Positions 27,651 to 43,586 of a DNA stretch of 64,000 nt are shown here, piece after piece. The stretch lies in contig CP068257.2 in assembly GCA_009914755.4 (NCBI GenBank), forward strand, positions 13,760,001-13,824,000, in the 5' to 3' direction. The DNA is from the human T2T-CHM13v2.0 reference genome, Homo sapiens. A model generated the notes under the pieces. The model had not been told where the DNA came from, ran no database searches, and saw only the letters and a list, made by a program, of their open reading frames with translations. Each line of letters begins with the position of its first letter. Positions within the stretch are counted from its first letter, which is position 1. Both the position numbers and the translations under genes were made by a program.

Positions 27651-28474
27651 TTTGCCTCTTCTCATGCAAGCATACAGAGAACTGGAGGGGCTTTGCCAGC
27701 ACAGACAGGGTATTTGTTTTTAAAGTATAAAATAGTGCCTCTGCCTCAGAAGAGTCATTTGGTCTTCACTCATAAACAGAATAGAGCTCTAGTGCTGGGA
27801 GTGAACTCATTGCTATGCGTGTGTGGACAGTGAGGAATAATGGTTTACTAGTGTGGGAAAAACACAAAAACAAGATCTCTCTAATCTCTCTAAATCTTAT
27901 TTCTTCATAGCTCAGGTGGGGATAATGAATCCTGCTTGCTTATTTCCCAGTGTGGCTGTGAAACTTTAGGAAGAATAAGCTAGTCAGTATTTAGTATAGT
28001 ATTATTTAACAGCAAGCAAGCACTTATTTCAAAAATCCTTTTAGACCTGCTGATAATTTGAAATATTCAAGAAGTGGGACTGCCTGGGTTCTGGACAATC
28101 TCAATGAAGTCCAGCTGTAAACTCTGGTCTAGCTGTACCATTAGGGCCTACTGGGTGAAAACCAGACTTACCTTTAAGATTCTAGTCCCCAACACATATG
28201 GCCTCTTCGATATGATTTTTGAGATGTGTTTGTCTTACTGAAGTCCACTGGGCTAAGAAATTACTTTGGGCTACTGTGCAGCAATGCTTTGTGTTTGCCT
28301 ATTAGATTCCATTTTTAAAGGGCAATTCCTATCTATTGGGCTCTTACTAAGTGATATTCTCTCCAGTGTTATAGATCCCATTTTCTATTAAGCATCTAAT
28401 ATACATCAGATACTTATAGGTTTAAAATTATTTTTAGCATACAACAATGTGAAACAAAATGATGCTCTAATAAA

Positions 28475-28536
28475 GACGACAACAACAAAAGCAATGGCAA
28501 CAACAACAAAACAACAGCAACAGCAACAACAAAACC
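28475..28536. repeat. imperfect (CAA)n/(CAG) simple repeat
   Basis: gacgacaacaacaaaagcaatggcaacaacaacaaaacaacagcaacagcaacaacaaaacc. Confidence 0.85.
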
Positions 28537-30946
28537 ATCAGGTTCTATGTAAAGCAGGTGGCAAGAAGAAATGGCATTAAAATAGCGCAGGGCCAAGGAA
28601 TCTCAAGAGAGGCCCTGACAATTGGCACTGAATGTTGATTCTTCAGTAATTACGGAGCTCAGTGACCTGAGAAGAATTGGTGGTGAGCAAGCTTGCCTCA
28701 GCTATGCTTCCCACCCCCGTGTTTGTGCCAGCTGGGGGCCCAGGGCTGGTTTAAATTCTAGCAAGACTCTCATACCAGTGCAAACATTTACAAAATACTG
28801 GGTGTTTATCTTGGCCTCGAAGAAAGGTAAGCATCTTTTGGAGTTCACCTGACATTAAAAACATATTTAAACTTGGGGTATTGGCCTGTTGAAATTGTCC
28901 TATATGGATGTATTTGTGATGATTTAGGATGATTTTATAATAGTAATTCCCCACCCTTAACATTCTGTATATTCGCCAACATTTATTGAATGGGAACTAG
29001 GATGGGGAGGTGGAACACCTCAAAGGCCAAGTCTGACATTATGCATCCCATAATAGTAGTACTGCAGTGCTCAGGACTGAACTGCAAGGAATTATTATCA
29101 TACTGTTTTTCCTGTAAAACAGTGATGTATATGAAATACTGAGAGTAGGGCTACGCAGTGACTTGCTTTTTCAGTGGTGCTAGATTCTTCTATTCTCTCC
29201 TGACCTCTCACTGAGAACACTGAAAAAGGTTAAGAGGCCAAAGAGTAGCTACAGAGAGAAAATACATTGCTCTGTCCTCATTAACACAGTGCTCAAACCA
29301 AGTGAGGCAAAAGGTTTAGAGAAACAATTTCCCTTTCAATGCCCAAGTAATGTTAATCTGTAAAAATTATCTATGTACTTTGTGCCAAATAAGGTAAACA
29401 ATAAAAGTAGAGAGCTATTTCCTTTACACTAAAAGATGAAAAGTAGCAAATTGGTCGAGAGGGAGAAAATTGGATGGAAGTTCAAACTTTTCCTCTGCAA
29501 GTTTGATAACGGAATCTGCCAAAGTAAACTGGCAATAGAAAGATTAATGGGAGAAAAGTTAAACAAATTTATAATGCATAAGTGCATGGGAGTCACATAA
29601 GGTATAAAACTCAAGGGCTAGAAGGTTGAAGATTAAATGTCCTCTTTATAGGAAAGAGGAAAGTAGTAGATATAGGCAATTGTAGTAGAAGAGAAAATGA
29701 TTTCTAGAGGAGATTAATGGGTCTGAAGAACAAACAGTTGCCTGGGATAATTTTCCTCCAGGCTCTGGGTACATGGTTACAATTTACAGAAAGGTAAGGG
29801 GCAGGACTGCACTGTGAACAGAGGTTGTCTTATTATGGAGATAAAGTCCCTCAGGTAACAGTTCTCATAGGAATAGATAAAAAGCCTGTTTGGGTGGGTG
29901 TGGTCATGGTCTTAGTTTCCTTTTCCATGATTAATATTCCCTGGTTAGTGAGGGGAACAGGGGATCGAAGGCAATTGTGTTTTTTGGAAGAACTTCCCTT
30001 AGTCAGATAAGAAAACTTCAGAGAGAGCTCCTGCCTGTGCTTGGAGGGAGAAATTAAGGGAGGGCCAGAGAAACTTCAATTCTGGGGCAGCTTCTAAGTC
30101 CTTCCAACTTCCTTTAATACAAAGTGCTCAGCATGCAAAAGTGCCGTACCTTGGGGTATCATTTTCTGTTGACTAGCCCAAAAGAATGAAGCTTAAAAAA
30201 AAAAGAGAATCTCCAAATTTTTCTAATTTATAAAAATTGAATGAATGTGGCATTGAATGTGTATATATAATCACTTTTACTTTCAGGAGTATCTTCCAAC
30301 TCTGAAATTCTATGATTCTAAGACACATTCTATGTAATATCTTTCCTTGAAAAGATGTATTTTCTCTCTGATACCTAAAATCCTTTCCTTTGGATAGAGA
30401 AAGGATTTTCTTCCTTTTATATACATGCATTCACCACAAATTAATCAAGCAGAATATTGCTGGTACTTAAAAACAAATAAGCTGTAGCTCCTGTCCTCAA
30501 AGAGCTTACAGTCTAGGCAAAGATAAGTCATTAATTCATTAATAGACCTTACTGAAAATTTTGCAAGTGGAAGTTCACTTTCTAGTTTTCTCTGTCACAC
30601 TAAGATGAGATATCACAAAGAGCTACAAAGAATCAGGCTCAATTTTCATCCATAGACTAAACATATTTCATTTCAGTGATGATATATTTCTATGATGTGT
30701 TTTGATGAATACAGCTATCATTACATAGGGCTCCTTGAGAACTCTGAATGTTCAAAAATAGGAATTAGCACTACAATAAAAAGTATATATAGGTATTTTT
30801 GGCAGAGTATATACTGTAATCAGTAAAACATAAAATGGCTTTAAAAATATGTAAGATATGTTTACAGGGATTTAAAACAGAGTGTCTTAACCATTTTAAA
30901 GTAATATAGTGCTAAAGTGCATGCTGAGTAATTCCAGGAGGTCTTC

Positions 30947-30968
30947 TTTTTTTTTTTTTTTTTTTTTT
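30947..30968. repeat. poly(T) homopolymer, 22 nt
   Basis: Read directly. Similar A/T homopolymers sit at 16580-16596 (T17), 34670-34687 (A18, followed by a CAAAA-rich stretch to 34725), 39661-39679 (T19) and 54754-54774 (T21). Confidence 0.9.
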
Positions 30969-33900
30969 GGTGGTTGTATAATTTAAATGATTCTTAATTT
31001 TAAAATGCATTTTTGGCCAAGACATTTAATGTTGAAAAGTGCCTATTCAGCATGCAAGAGACCATAAGTGTTTTTCATAAGAATTTTTATTATAAAGCTA
31101 CATGAATTTTAAAAATAGTTATTTACACAAAAGGGCCTAATGGCTCCAATAGTTTAACAGATCAATAATCAATGTTCTTAAAAGTCACTTAATTCAAATT
31201 TATGTAATCTGCATTACGAAAAGATCTTATATACATATTTACAGCATAACTCCTAGTGATTTCTTTATAACTATCTCTGTCCCTAATGTCATCTTATGCT
31301 CCTTTATGATAGAAATATTTTTAAGACCAACACTTTGAAAATATCAAAAGATATTATTGCATAAACAAATACACTGGAAGTCACCTAAGGCTGTGACAAT
31401 GCCTCTATAATAAAGATATTTAGTTGTCTTCCTTTTTGTGATTTTCCTAATTGTGAATAGAAGAAAATTCAAAGAAAATTACAGAAGAGTTTACAATAAA
31501 AGATTCCTAGTATCTTAAATGTCTGCCAAAACAACTTATATGGCTTTTGTTAGTTGTCATATTGAAGAGGAAATTAAAGACACCATAGCAACCCAAAATT
31601 TTCCAAGAATCTGTGGACATATGAGTCTGCTGTGTGCTTTTCAATATTTACAGAGTCAACTATAAGCTATCATGGTTTTATAAAGCTGGTAGTAGTCCAA
31701 TCCCACATACATGTCAAGTGCCTTTGGGAACAACAAATAACTCATTAGACCTGTCCCCAAGTCTCCAGTTTATAATCCTCTTCAGATTATGTGTTGTCCT
31801 TTGGGTTTTGAAAAAAACCACATAACAAAACCTACTTCTTTTCCAGGCCCAAGTTTGTGATGCTTTCTTACTTCTCCAAGTTCACCTCGCTAGTAACAGT
31901 ACTATTTCCTCAAAATTAAACCCAGAGGCAGTTTGATGCAGACAACTTCTTTGAGTTTCCCATAACCAAAAAATATATATTGACATTTGTGCTGGACTGC
32001 AATAAATGCATGCCCTGCTGTGCCCACCCTGATCCTGTTCACAGGAAACCCCTGACAAACAACTCCAAGCCTTAGAAAATCTCTCGTTTCTGGTTATAGT
32101 CTCTTAAAGGATTGTATAAAACTTAGAATATTTTATCTGGCTTTTCCCTTTCTTCAGGGAAAAAAAAAAATCTCCAGTGAATGATATCACTTACACAAAA
32201 AGAACAAAATGCATTTTTTTTTTTTATTTTTTAATGACTTTCTTTTAACCTACCCAAACTGCATGCTAAGCCCAAACTTTGTAATTCATGGTCTTAGAAA
32301 TGTTATGTTATCAGTTCCCTGTCCCTTTCATGGGCTGCCCCCTTTCTACTCTTTCAAGAGCCTGGTAAGTCATATGATTGACTTTCAAACCAAGACTGGT
32401 TGATGTGAGTAAAGGAAATTGAATTGGAATACAATCACCCCCTACTGCTCTGAACAGTTTTTTGTGCATCTAAATATGATCTGAATTTCAGATATGGTTT
32501 TCTATTTGACATTGATTTTCCTCCAGCTTATATGTGCTACATCTTTACCTAAATTGAGTTGTTATCTTCTTCTGCCTTTTTGAACTTCACACTATAAATT
32601 AACTATTATCCTACTGAAATAAATTCCTTTGCAGATTTTATGTATATGGAAGGAATTTCAATTTCATTTGAGGATACACATTGAGTTATTATGTCCTATA
32701 GAGTAATTTATTGATCTTTGGGAACAAAAACCTCCAGTATAGTATCAGAAGAATTTTACTGTTAATTTTTAAAATAATACTTCAAAATTCACTCTTAAGG
32801 GAATATATGCTCACTCATATCAGTAAAATAAGGAATCAGTTGGATATGAGAGGATAAAAATCTGATATTCAAAATATGTTCTTACTCATTTTAAAATAAA
32901 GAGATCTATTAACAAAATACAGTGAATTTTGATAGCTTATGAGACTGTCGTTTTGACTAGAAATGGTTTAGAAAATTAATCTATTTGTTCCTCTCCAGCT
33001 TCCATTATAAATCATTTCTTCTGTCACCTCAAAGTTAAATAATAGTCTACATTGGAATTAATGGATCCAAAACAAAGCAATCATTAACAATTAAGTAGAT
33101 TTAGATTAAAAAAATAAAAATAAATCCTCATTCCAGGAGATAAAAGAAGTATATGTGCCTTTAAATTAATAATGGCACAAAAGTATTGGTGATATCTAGA
33201 CTCCTTCTCAAGGAGCAACAGGAAATTTCATTGAAATCAGCCAGAATTACAATATGTCTCACTCTGGAGGTGAAAAGGAGACAAAGTTGTAGTTATGTAA
33301 AGAACCATAGAGAAATTTACTCAGACAACCCATGAAACATTCATTTTTTAAAAACTGCACAAAACTGAAATCTTCTACATCTTTTCTGCTCTTAGAGTTT
33401 GCTGTGTTACTTTTGGAATTTATACTAATCTAGAAATCATGGCCATGTTTGGGGCCTTAGGTATCAAAAGACCTGGGGATTCCGTTAGGGGAACCTAGAT
33501 ATGAGTAATTCTTTCCTACTGTTCTTGTGTGCACGTTTCTGTTGCTTAACAAAACACATGCTGAAAAACCATACTTGGTCAAGAGGTAGATTTATGACTG
33601 TTTAGGAATCTACCACATGGAGCATGGGGCCTTTGTGGTTAAATACAACTGAATGACAATAAGGCAGTATCACAAAGCAGGAAACAGGCCTTGGCTCTCT
33701 TCAATTTTAGGTTATTGGGATTTGGAGAGGGAAACTTATGCCTCCTGCCAGACATGATTTTTAAACATTTTTAACTTGGTTTCCCGTTATCACTTTAAAG
33801 CACTTTGTGCATGAAGGGTGACATTTATGTGGCAAGTTATATTTTATTATTAGGTGAAAATTTTTTTGAACAAGTGAAAACATTTGTCTTTAATAGTGAT

Positions 33901-36900
33901 TAAATGCCCAACAAGTTAGAACCTTTACAGAGAACAAAATGAGCTAAGTGCAAAAATAAGTTTCTAATGTTGCTTCTAAAAATAAAAAAATAACAAATGA
34001 ATAAAGGAGATAAATGCACCAGGGATTTCCAAATTGGAAACTCAAAACATTTTTAAAGCTAATTTAATAATTTATTTTTAAAACCCTACAAAATAACAGA
34101 ATGAAGATATTCCCTCCAATGTAAGGTATGCAGTTATTAAAATACTGATCAATTATTTGCTTTTGTTGTTTTCCTGTTAAAGTTTCCTTTCGTTGACTGT
34201 TTTTACCCTGGCAGCACATCTACTCTGCATACATCTCTGTTTATTAATCAATGCAATACCCTCTCTTCAGTTCAGTACAGGACCCATGAAATATTTTAAA
34301 CTTGCTCCTTTATTGGGTTAAACCTATTTGAATGGAAAGAAATTAGCCATTACAATTCTGAGAGATCATGTCTGCACACAGCAAATCACAAGAAACATTC
34401 TTTGGGGTCACTTTTGAGGTTTCCTTCTAAGTCTTTGAAGCATATCATTGGTTACAAAAGGAAAAAAGACTAAATTTTCAGTATTAGGCAGAGAAAAAAA
34501 AATTTTATGAAGCAAATATTCATGCAGAATGTATTGATAAAACTTGGGAGTACACATGTAGCCATTCCATAAGTACCCCACTTTTTTTTTTATTTGTGTT
34601 CTTGGTTACATTAATTAAATGAGCTTAATCTCATACTCTAATTATTATCTCTACAGTTTGTTTTGTAGCAAAAAAAAAAAAAAAAAACTCAAAAAACACA
34701 AACAAAAACAAAAACAAACCCTAATGTAGGAGTTTAAATGTGTTATTTTTTGAGAAATATGAAATTCGTCTTTGGCATTAGCTTCAACTTTCATCCTAGA
34801 GTAGTTAATGGGCCTAAATCTAATTATTTGTAAAGTTTGCTTGGATGATTGGTAGATGATAAAGCAATATACACTAATTAGCCACAAGGACAACGACATG
34901 AGAGATGAATTTTACAGATACATCAAAAACTTATCTGTGAATGGAATTTTAGAATGCTTTAAATAGAGCTATAAAAATAGGTGAAACAAGTTGATTTAAG
35001 TTGGAGTTCTTTATTATTCATGGAACTATAGGAATTTTTTTTTCTTGTGGTACTTAGAAGTTTCAGTGTGTTATAAAGATTTTTTCTTCTACCAGATTGC
35101 ATCTTCCTTGAAGGCCAGACCCATGTCTGATTCATATTATCTCCATGTGTCTAGTAGATTTCTCTCTATAAATTAGCTATCAAATATTTGTTGAATGCAG
35201 AACCCATATGCCATCCTTTTGCAAATTAGAAATAAAAGCATGCATTCTCCAGAACGTGTTTCTTAAAGCACCTGCCTCTCTTGTGTCCTTTTTGAAATTA
35301 ATCACATGAATTCAGAAATGAGAAGGGATAGTTTTATGTTAGGTCTTTTGTAGGAAAGTAATGCACTGTGTCAAAGTTTCTTAAATTCAGGCTTAACCAC
35401 TGGACTGAATCATAAGTACAAAATGTGCCATGGGATTAAAGGTCTTATTTTTTACTGTACTAAAAAATAAATAACAGTTTGGTAAAATGGTGTAATTATA
35501 GTTTCTTCTAGTATTTGGATATTAAATTAGAGGGTACCATAATTCAGGAATGATGGCCTTTTCTTTATCTGAATGTGTCTAGATAGAGGGCCCTGTGTTT
35601 TGCTGAAGACTGTAATTGTTAGTGTACTTATAATAATTCTCTAGTCACTCATCATCAGCACCTAAACAGCTTGCCTTGGAAAGTTATGAAATCCCGGAGT
35701 TAATGACCACGCTTAAATTTTGGCCAAGCAATCTAAACTCTTATCCTCAATTTTCCACAGCAGTTGGATCCATTCTAGAGGTAAATACCTTAGAGAAGAG
35801 AATTGACTAGGAGCAAAATACATGCAAATATATGTTATATAAAGAGCATGATAATTCCTCGCTTTACTATTTTTTAAATGGAAATATACTTTGTCTCAGA
35901 TGTCACAAATTAGTGAAATACTTTGAGAGAAATATAATTTTAAATATCTCTAAATTCTTATAGATAAATGTCCTCTAATTTGTTTCTGAAATGCCAAATC
36001 TAACTTAAGCAATTTATGACCACTATTTTATCAGTGCTTAAATTTAATTTTCCTTCTTCATAGTTAGTACCCACTGTACACATTTCTATATTAATATACA
36101 TACATATTTAAATTAATGTAACATTAAATCTATAAGCATAACCAAGTTAATTATAACTATGTGATAAAATATGCAAATTATTTTTTAGACAGTGACTCTT
36201 TCAAATATCCAACTGAATTATATAAATAAAACATGAATGACAAATTTTTTAGTTGTTTGTCACATATTACAACCATTCTATATGTTATTCATTTTCCAAA
36301 TATAAAAGAGTTACCATTACTAGATGGAAAATTATATTCAGAAATGCAGACATGTCCTTGGTAGGAAAAAGATAGAAACGCACAACGAGCTTCACTCACT
36401 AAACCAAATTTCTTAAATTTCAAAAAGACCCATTATTCACAGGTCAAATTTGTCCCTTGATCAGTATACAGAAAACAATAAGGTTTAGTCATAAACAGTA
36501 AAGCAGCATGTCTGGAAGGAAAGAGACTAGAAATGAAACAAAATGAGATATGGGCCGTCTAAGGCTACCCCAGTCCTCACTTTCACCCCCCTTCACCTAG
36601 ACGAGTACATGCTGAACAAGCACCAAAAACAACCAATAAATGAAAGGAAACTCAAAGGTCACTTGGGGTCATTATTTTCACATACCTTTGAATAATGAGA
36701 GCATCACATGTCAGCCAGAGGAGAACAAAATGTCACATTCTCCAGCTAAAGGTTGGCCTTGGTCAAAGGTCACAGAAGGGAGGCCAGGAAATAACCTAAG
36801 AGGTTAGGCTGGGTGCACAAAGAAAGGTCACCAAATGTCAATGAAAGCATGCAGCTGTTTGGAGATGAAACAACTGAGGCACCCTTTTGTGCTGACATCG

Positions 36901-37860
36901 GCTAGAAAAAATGTCTCTGCTGACATTTTTTTTAGCTGGCAGTTTTATAGGACATTGACATTAATGTACCCAACCCCGAATTAGCCTTTTAAAAAGCAAC
37001 AGTTTGGAAGTTAAGTGCAGCAGTTTCCAAAAAATCATAACTGTGACATTTTTATTCCAGATGATTAATACAGCAATGGACTTCTAACACAAAATTTAGA
37101 TTTGATCTGAGCTCTTTCATCACGACAATGTGTTAGCAACTAGGCCTCGGGACACAGGTAACAATCAGTAACTAGTATTTTTATGTTTTTAAGAATTATT
37201 ATTATTCCTTTAACTAAAAGGTATTCAGAAACCTCACCTTATTACAAGGTAGGAAGACATGAGTGATTTCCACATTTCACTGGGCCTAGCTGTTGGCAGC
37301 TCTTGATCTAGTAATAAAATCCATTCAAAGGAAAGAGAAAAGACTGAAAAATTTGCAACCCATTTTAAAGGAATTCATGCAAAATACTTGCAGACTAAAT
37401 CTTAATCTATCTGAGTATTTCCATCTTAAACATCAGCCCTAAAAGTAACAATTCTTAGAGAAGTGGTGGTAGTGTTCCCAAGTATTCTCAGACATCAAAC
37501 TCTACAGGAAAGAAGTTTAGAAAAGATAGGCACCTTGAATTATTCATATACTTAACTTACAGTTGATCCTTCCTAGCAGCTTCAGTTTTCTGTGTGTATG
37601 GAGGTCTATTTTATACACACACACCTGATATTCATCCAAGATTAGCAGCTGTTTCCAGATAACATTAGAACATTTCACATCTATAAACATCCTTTACTGA
37701 TTCACAGGCACAAGACCATATTTTAATTCAAGACATACTTTTCAGTCCTCAGGGTTCTGACAAGTGGCCCCAATTTACAACTTAGGCAGCTCCAATTTTT
37801 TCCCAAATCTTTTTCAAACAGTTTCCACATCCTCTTAAAAAAGAGAACATTGTGGATTTA

Positions 37861-38238
<378 letters not shown>

Positions 38239-41200
38239 CTAAAACCTCTATTCCGGGTGAGTCTCTTTTTTGTTTGTTCCTCCGTAAACTTCCAGGGAGA
38301 CTGCCAAACAGTAATGCTCACCCCGGGGTGACTGCAGGACTCACCCAGAGACAAAACTACCTTCCCACCTAATGGGCCCTAGACATATGAAGCCTGTCAG
38401 GAGAACATCATAAATCATGGAGATGGGAAGAGAGGGGGCAGGAGGAGCCACACAAACCCTTTGCACTTAGGAGAAAGAGTTATTTAACACGTCAGGGAAG
38501 TGCATTTAATAAATGAAGTCAGTGACTTGAACATGTCATATTCGATCTATATGGAGGTTACTGAACTTTCTTTAAAAAGTCATTTTTATGCTGGTTGCTT
38601 TTCTTATGAAATTTTCTACACCTCTAGTGTATAAAATGGATGTGTAAGCAGCTGATTGAGAAATAGCTAAGGTCAAAGTTAATAAGGAAAGCAGAAGGTC
38701 TAAAAGCAGGCTGCCTTTTTTTTCCCCTTTGAGTTCAAGAGACTCCATATGATTTGGGCATGACATACTAATGTTTCTGACATCAGGCCTTTTTTTAAAT
38801 CTGCCTTCAAATAACTGATACTTGGGTGGTAATGAATGTGGAAGATGTCTCGTTGCTGGAATTACAAAAATGAACTTTCCTCTTCTGATTTCATTCATGG
38901 GCTAGTTTTTATGAGTAAAATGATATCAAAGACTTGGAGGGATGGAATATTGCCTCAAAATGTCAAGACAATATAAGTTACAGAATGTACAAGTTGGAGA
39001 AGAAAGAAAAGGGTGGGAACATAGAATTAGGTGTCCCTTTAAAAACAAAGAAGAAAGCAAAATACTCAGCAAGTATATAAACAAGTACAAACTGCACATC
39101 TATTTTGGAAAATGTTTTTGTATCTCCAGGCTTTCTGGATCCCTTACATTTAAGTCATGAGAATCTCTGGGTTATTTTGTCACATAAAAGAGTATAAAAC
39201 CCCCATCAAATCAACAAATAGGTTTGCTCCCTCAGATGAGATTTAACTGAAACTTGGAACAAAAACAGTGAGGTTCATCAGATAAACATATGCCAAATTT
39301 AAGACTTCTATCTGTTCTTAAATGGATGCTATAGATTGTCTGCAAGAACTACTCCCTTCAACTTCAGATGTGATAAAGCTTGATATGATGCTCTTAGACC
39401 TTGAAACAGAAACCATATGTGGCAATAAACAAACAAACAAAATCCCTGGATACTGCAAAGGAAAAAAAAACAGAAAACTTACTCGATTTTAGAAGACTTG
39501 AAAAAGTTGTAATTATCTTCCTTGATGTACACGGTGTTCACTGACAGGAAAAAAAAAAGAAATCTCAGCACCTAAAAACTTATATATTTGCACATTTATG
39601 TTCAAATTATTCTCTAAATGGCTTGAAATAATTGCCTCTTCTGCTTTGTATTAACTAAACTTTTTTTTTTTTTTTTTTGTCAAGTCATGGTTCTTTTTCT
39701 AGTATCTGAAAATGTGCCAAACTAAATGTCAGTGCCTTCATAAGGAAGATTTAGAGTTCCTTTTGGAGCAGATAGAAGCCTCAAATGACAAACACGCTTA
39801 TCCTGAATGCCCCTCCTGCTGGTGTGACTTACCTCAGAACAAGGTCAAAGAAGCCGCCAGAGAAGATCTACGATTTGTTTGACTTGACATTCCCTGGTAT
39901 TTCCCTTTGTTATCCCTGTGTCATCGTTCTGTGGCAGAGGGAGAGCAAGGCAAGCGCTTGCTTTCAGGTATATCTGGCTAGTAGCCCTACATACCACAGA
40001 GAGCTACTGTGGATTTCACTGTATGAAAAGCCTCCATTTGACTTGAATGCTGTTAAAGCATTGCAGGGGTAAGTTTTGAAATCCTTCCTTAGGTCAAACT
40101 CTAGCTGGAAAGTTCGCCCCATCCTCCTCTTGGAAGGACTCTTATATGGCCTTGTAGCTAAACTTGAGCAACCACACACTGCAGCAGAGCAGCTGGCATG
40201 GCCCAAGCCAGGTGGGTGGTCCAGGCAAGGCCCAGTCCCCTTGTGTCCATTATTGCTAAGGTGCATCTAGGAGCACAAGGACAGGAGGAGTCAGACATGT
40301 GAGTGTTTTTGCAATCAGTCAACAAACATCCACTGTTTACCGATTACAGGACATTTCTTCTGGGCATTGGGAATACCAAGTGACAAAGTCATGCTTTTAA
40401 TTTTCAAGGTGTTTAATAGAGAATAAGCCAGGGTTGGAACACTCTACCCCGGAAGTCCCTGCTATTAAATCTGGCTTTGCTTTTCAGTAATCACCTCCTT
40501 AAAGACCCAGGGGACAAAAAACTTAGAAACAATTTCCTCCCTCCCTGACTTACTTTGTCTCTGACTTCGGCCTTTCACAGTGGCACACATGGTTGGGACA
40601 TCTAAAATACCACTGGAAAATTTAAGGATATAATCTACCTATATTATATGAATAGCACAAATTTATTTTCAATGAATTAGCAGAAGTTCAGAGCCATTCT
40701 TTCTTAGGCACTTTCCTATACTCTTGGTGAATTCGTCTAGTATGTGAAAAAAGAGTTTCTCTCAGATTGTTAGTCCCAGCTACAAGGCCTGCCACCATAG
40801 AAAAGTTCCTTCTCTGTCCTTTTTCTCCTCTCTTCAGATCCCCTTTCTTGACCTTTCTATCACAGCATCTGAACCTGCCTGCACCTGCTCATTGTCCATT
40901 TGAATTGCTTCTCTGCTGGAGGTATTCCTGGGGCCCACTCTGGCCTACTGCCTTTGGGCTTCACCTGACCTAGCTCTGCATTTACAAAGCAAGCCCAACA
41001 GATTTCCACCATACATTTCAAACACCGAGAATGACACTGATTTTGAAACTCAGCTACACTGCATAGAGGAACTCCCTGAATACACCCAATCACCCAATTT
41101 AGGGAAGTACGAATTTTCTGACAATGTGAAAGGGAAATGACCTATTTTAAACTAAAGTATTGAAAATTTCTAATTATTCTCATTCCAAGGGAAAAAAATG

Positions 41201-42147
41201 AAAAAAAAAAAAATCCTAAAGAAAAAGAACAATTCCCTCCTATAACCTATCCCTTAAAGGAATGGACAATACTTGGGTAATGATGTTCAACTTATGCATA
41301 AGAAGACAAAAGGGCATTTTTTTCTGTATGGCTTCTTTGCCAGAGACCCTTTGGTAATGTGAGGTTTTTCTAAAGGCATAAGGGACGATTTCTCTATGTA
41401 GTTTTGCAAGGTCCCTTTCATTCCTTCTGACATCTTACTTTATCCTTTTCCTTTTTCTCTCCCTAAATGAAATGGATGTCTATGTACATATATATTTTCT
41501 GAAATACAAATGTAGAATGGCATGTAAGTACCATAAACCTGAGATTTAATTTAAATGCAATATGTAAGCAAGGCCTGTTAGGTCCTGGGTCCCAGTAAGA
41601 AATGGGATTCACCCTTAAAATGGTTTAAGTGAAGATATGTTAACGGTAGCACTCCAAAAAGGCATAGGCAGAGTTTTAGGAGCAAATAAATAATTTACCC
41701 AGGGACTAGCAACATTACAACCTCTTGGGCTGAAGGGACAATGAGAAGAAATAATGTTAACAGAACCCAGCGAGAACTGGAAGCACAGAGGAGGGGCCGC
41801 CCAGTTGGAGCTGTAGTTTTGGAGAAATGCAGCAGCTGCCCAAGACGTGGTGCTGAAGCCACAGGGCAGCAGAGAAGAAATACCCTGGCTTTACTTCCTT
41901 GCAACTCAGTCAGCTCCTGCCAGTACATCCTGTGGCAAAATATCAGCTGTAACCTGTCAGTAAAAAGATTCAGTGGGGTTAGCTTCCTGATACACAGCAG
42001 GGAAAACATGGGTTGCCAAGGAATTTGGTATGGAGACTAAGGAATAATTTGCACAAAATTTCCCATTTAAATATGAGAGAATTAGAGTGAATTCAATCAT
42101 CGGGTTTATAACTAACTTTCAGGAATTTAAAAAATGTGGAAGGATGA

Positions 42148-42388
42148 TGCTATGGATTGAAATATGTCCTCCCTAAATTCATATGTTGAAACTCCAATCC
42201 CCAGTATAAAACGCAGCAAGAAGGGGGCCATCAGCAGGCCAGGAAGAGAGCCCTCACAAAAAACGGAATCAGCCAGCACCTTGATCTCGGACTTCCCAGC
42301 CTCCAGCATCATGAAAAAATAAAGATTTGTTGTTTAAGTCACCCAGTCTATCATATTTTGTTATGGCAGCCCAAGCAAACCTATGCAG
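42148..42388 (+). mobile_element. ERVL-MaLR LTR, MLT1-type, with internal deletion
   Basis: ...ccctaaattcatatgttgaaactccaatcccc... then ...ggccatcagcaggccaggaagagagccctcac...cagcaccttgatctcggacttcccagcctccagcatcatgaaaaaataaagatttgttgtttaagtcacccagtctatcatattttgttatggcagcccaagc matches the 5' start and 3' end of the MLT1-type consensus. Confidence 0.55.
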
Positions 42389-42523
42389 CCGGGTCAAGTA
42401 TTTTATATATATATTATAGGAGAATACATGCTTTGAGTCATATAGAACAGGATATTAACACCAACTCTAAATTGCTATTTGTAGATTTGGGGAAACACTC
42501 CAAACTTCAGTTTTCTAAATTAA

Positions 42524-42856
<333 letters not shown>

Positions 42857-43586
42857 ATTATTATTGGGCTTTTTAAAAGCATCACATTTCTTCTTGTATA
42901 TTTTCTTTTTTTAATGAAGTACAGTCTTTACAATAGCCTTTAGTGAAGATTTGCTCCTAAAAACTTAGCTTTTGTTTATCTGATGATGGCTTTATTTCAA
43001 GTAGTTTCACCTAGTATATAATTATTTGATAGTCATTTTCTCTTGACTCTTTGAAGACATTTTTCATCATCTTCTGGCTTCCATTGTAGCTGCTTTCATT
43101 CCTTTGTAGTTATTTCATATTTGCTTTGTTTTTGGTGAGCTGAAATTTCACTAAGGTGTGTTCAGGTGTGTGTTTTTTTTGTTGCTACCTACTTATATTT
43201 CACTGAGGTCTTCTGATGTAATCTAGTCTGCCACCAATATTGGGAAGCCTTTAGCCATTTTTTTTCCTATACTGACTTTTCTCCATTCTCTATATTCTCT
43301 TGTGAAATTCTAAGCAATAAGCCAGACCTTCTAACTTTACTGTAATGTCCCTTAACCTCTATTTCATGTTTTCCAAATATTTACCCATGTTATATTGAGT
43401 CATTTCTTCTGCTGTATTTTCCAGTTGTAAATTCTCTCCTCAGCTGTATCTGATACTCTACCATTGAGTTTTTAATCTCAATAATTATATTTTTTACTAC
43501 TGTAAGTTCTGTTTTTAAAATTTTTTAGCAATTCTGCATGATCAGTCTCCACAGTCTTATGCCTTCCTCACACATTTGATGCCTTT

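Noticed and set aside
28414-28596. Poly-Leu/Val ORF on the minus strand
   Set aside because: It is the translation of an imperfect (CAA)n/(CAG)n microsatellite.
39661-40600. Poly-T followed by a GC-richer ~900 bp block with several CpGs, considered as a minus-strand processed pseudogene or CpG island
   Set aside because: No AATAAA/ATTAAA in the 40 nt adjacent to the tail on the relevant strand. No sustained ORF on either strand. CpG observed/expected is only about 0.2. Parts resemble decayed SINE/LTR sequence.
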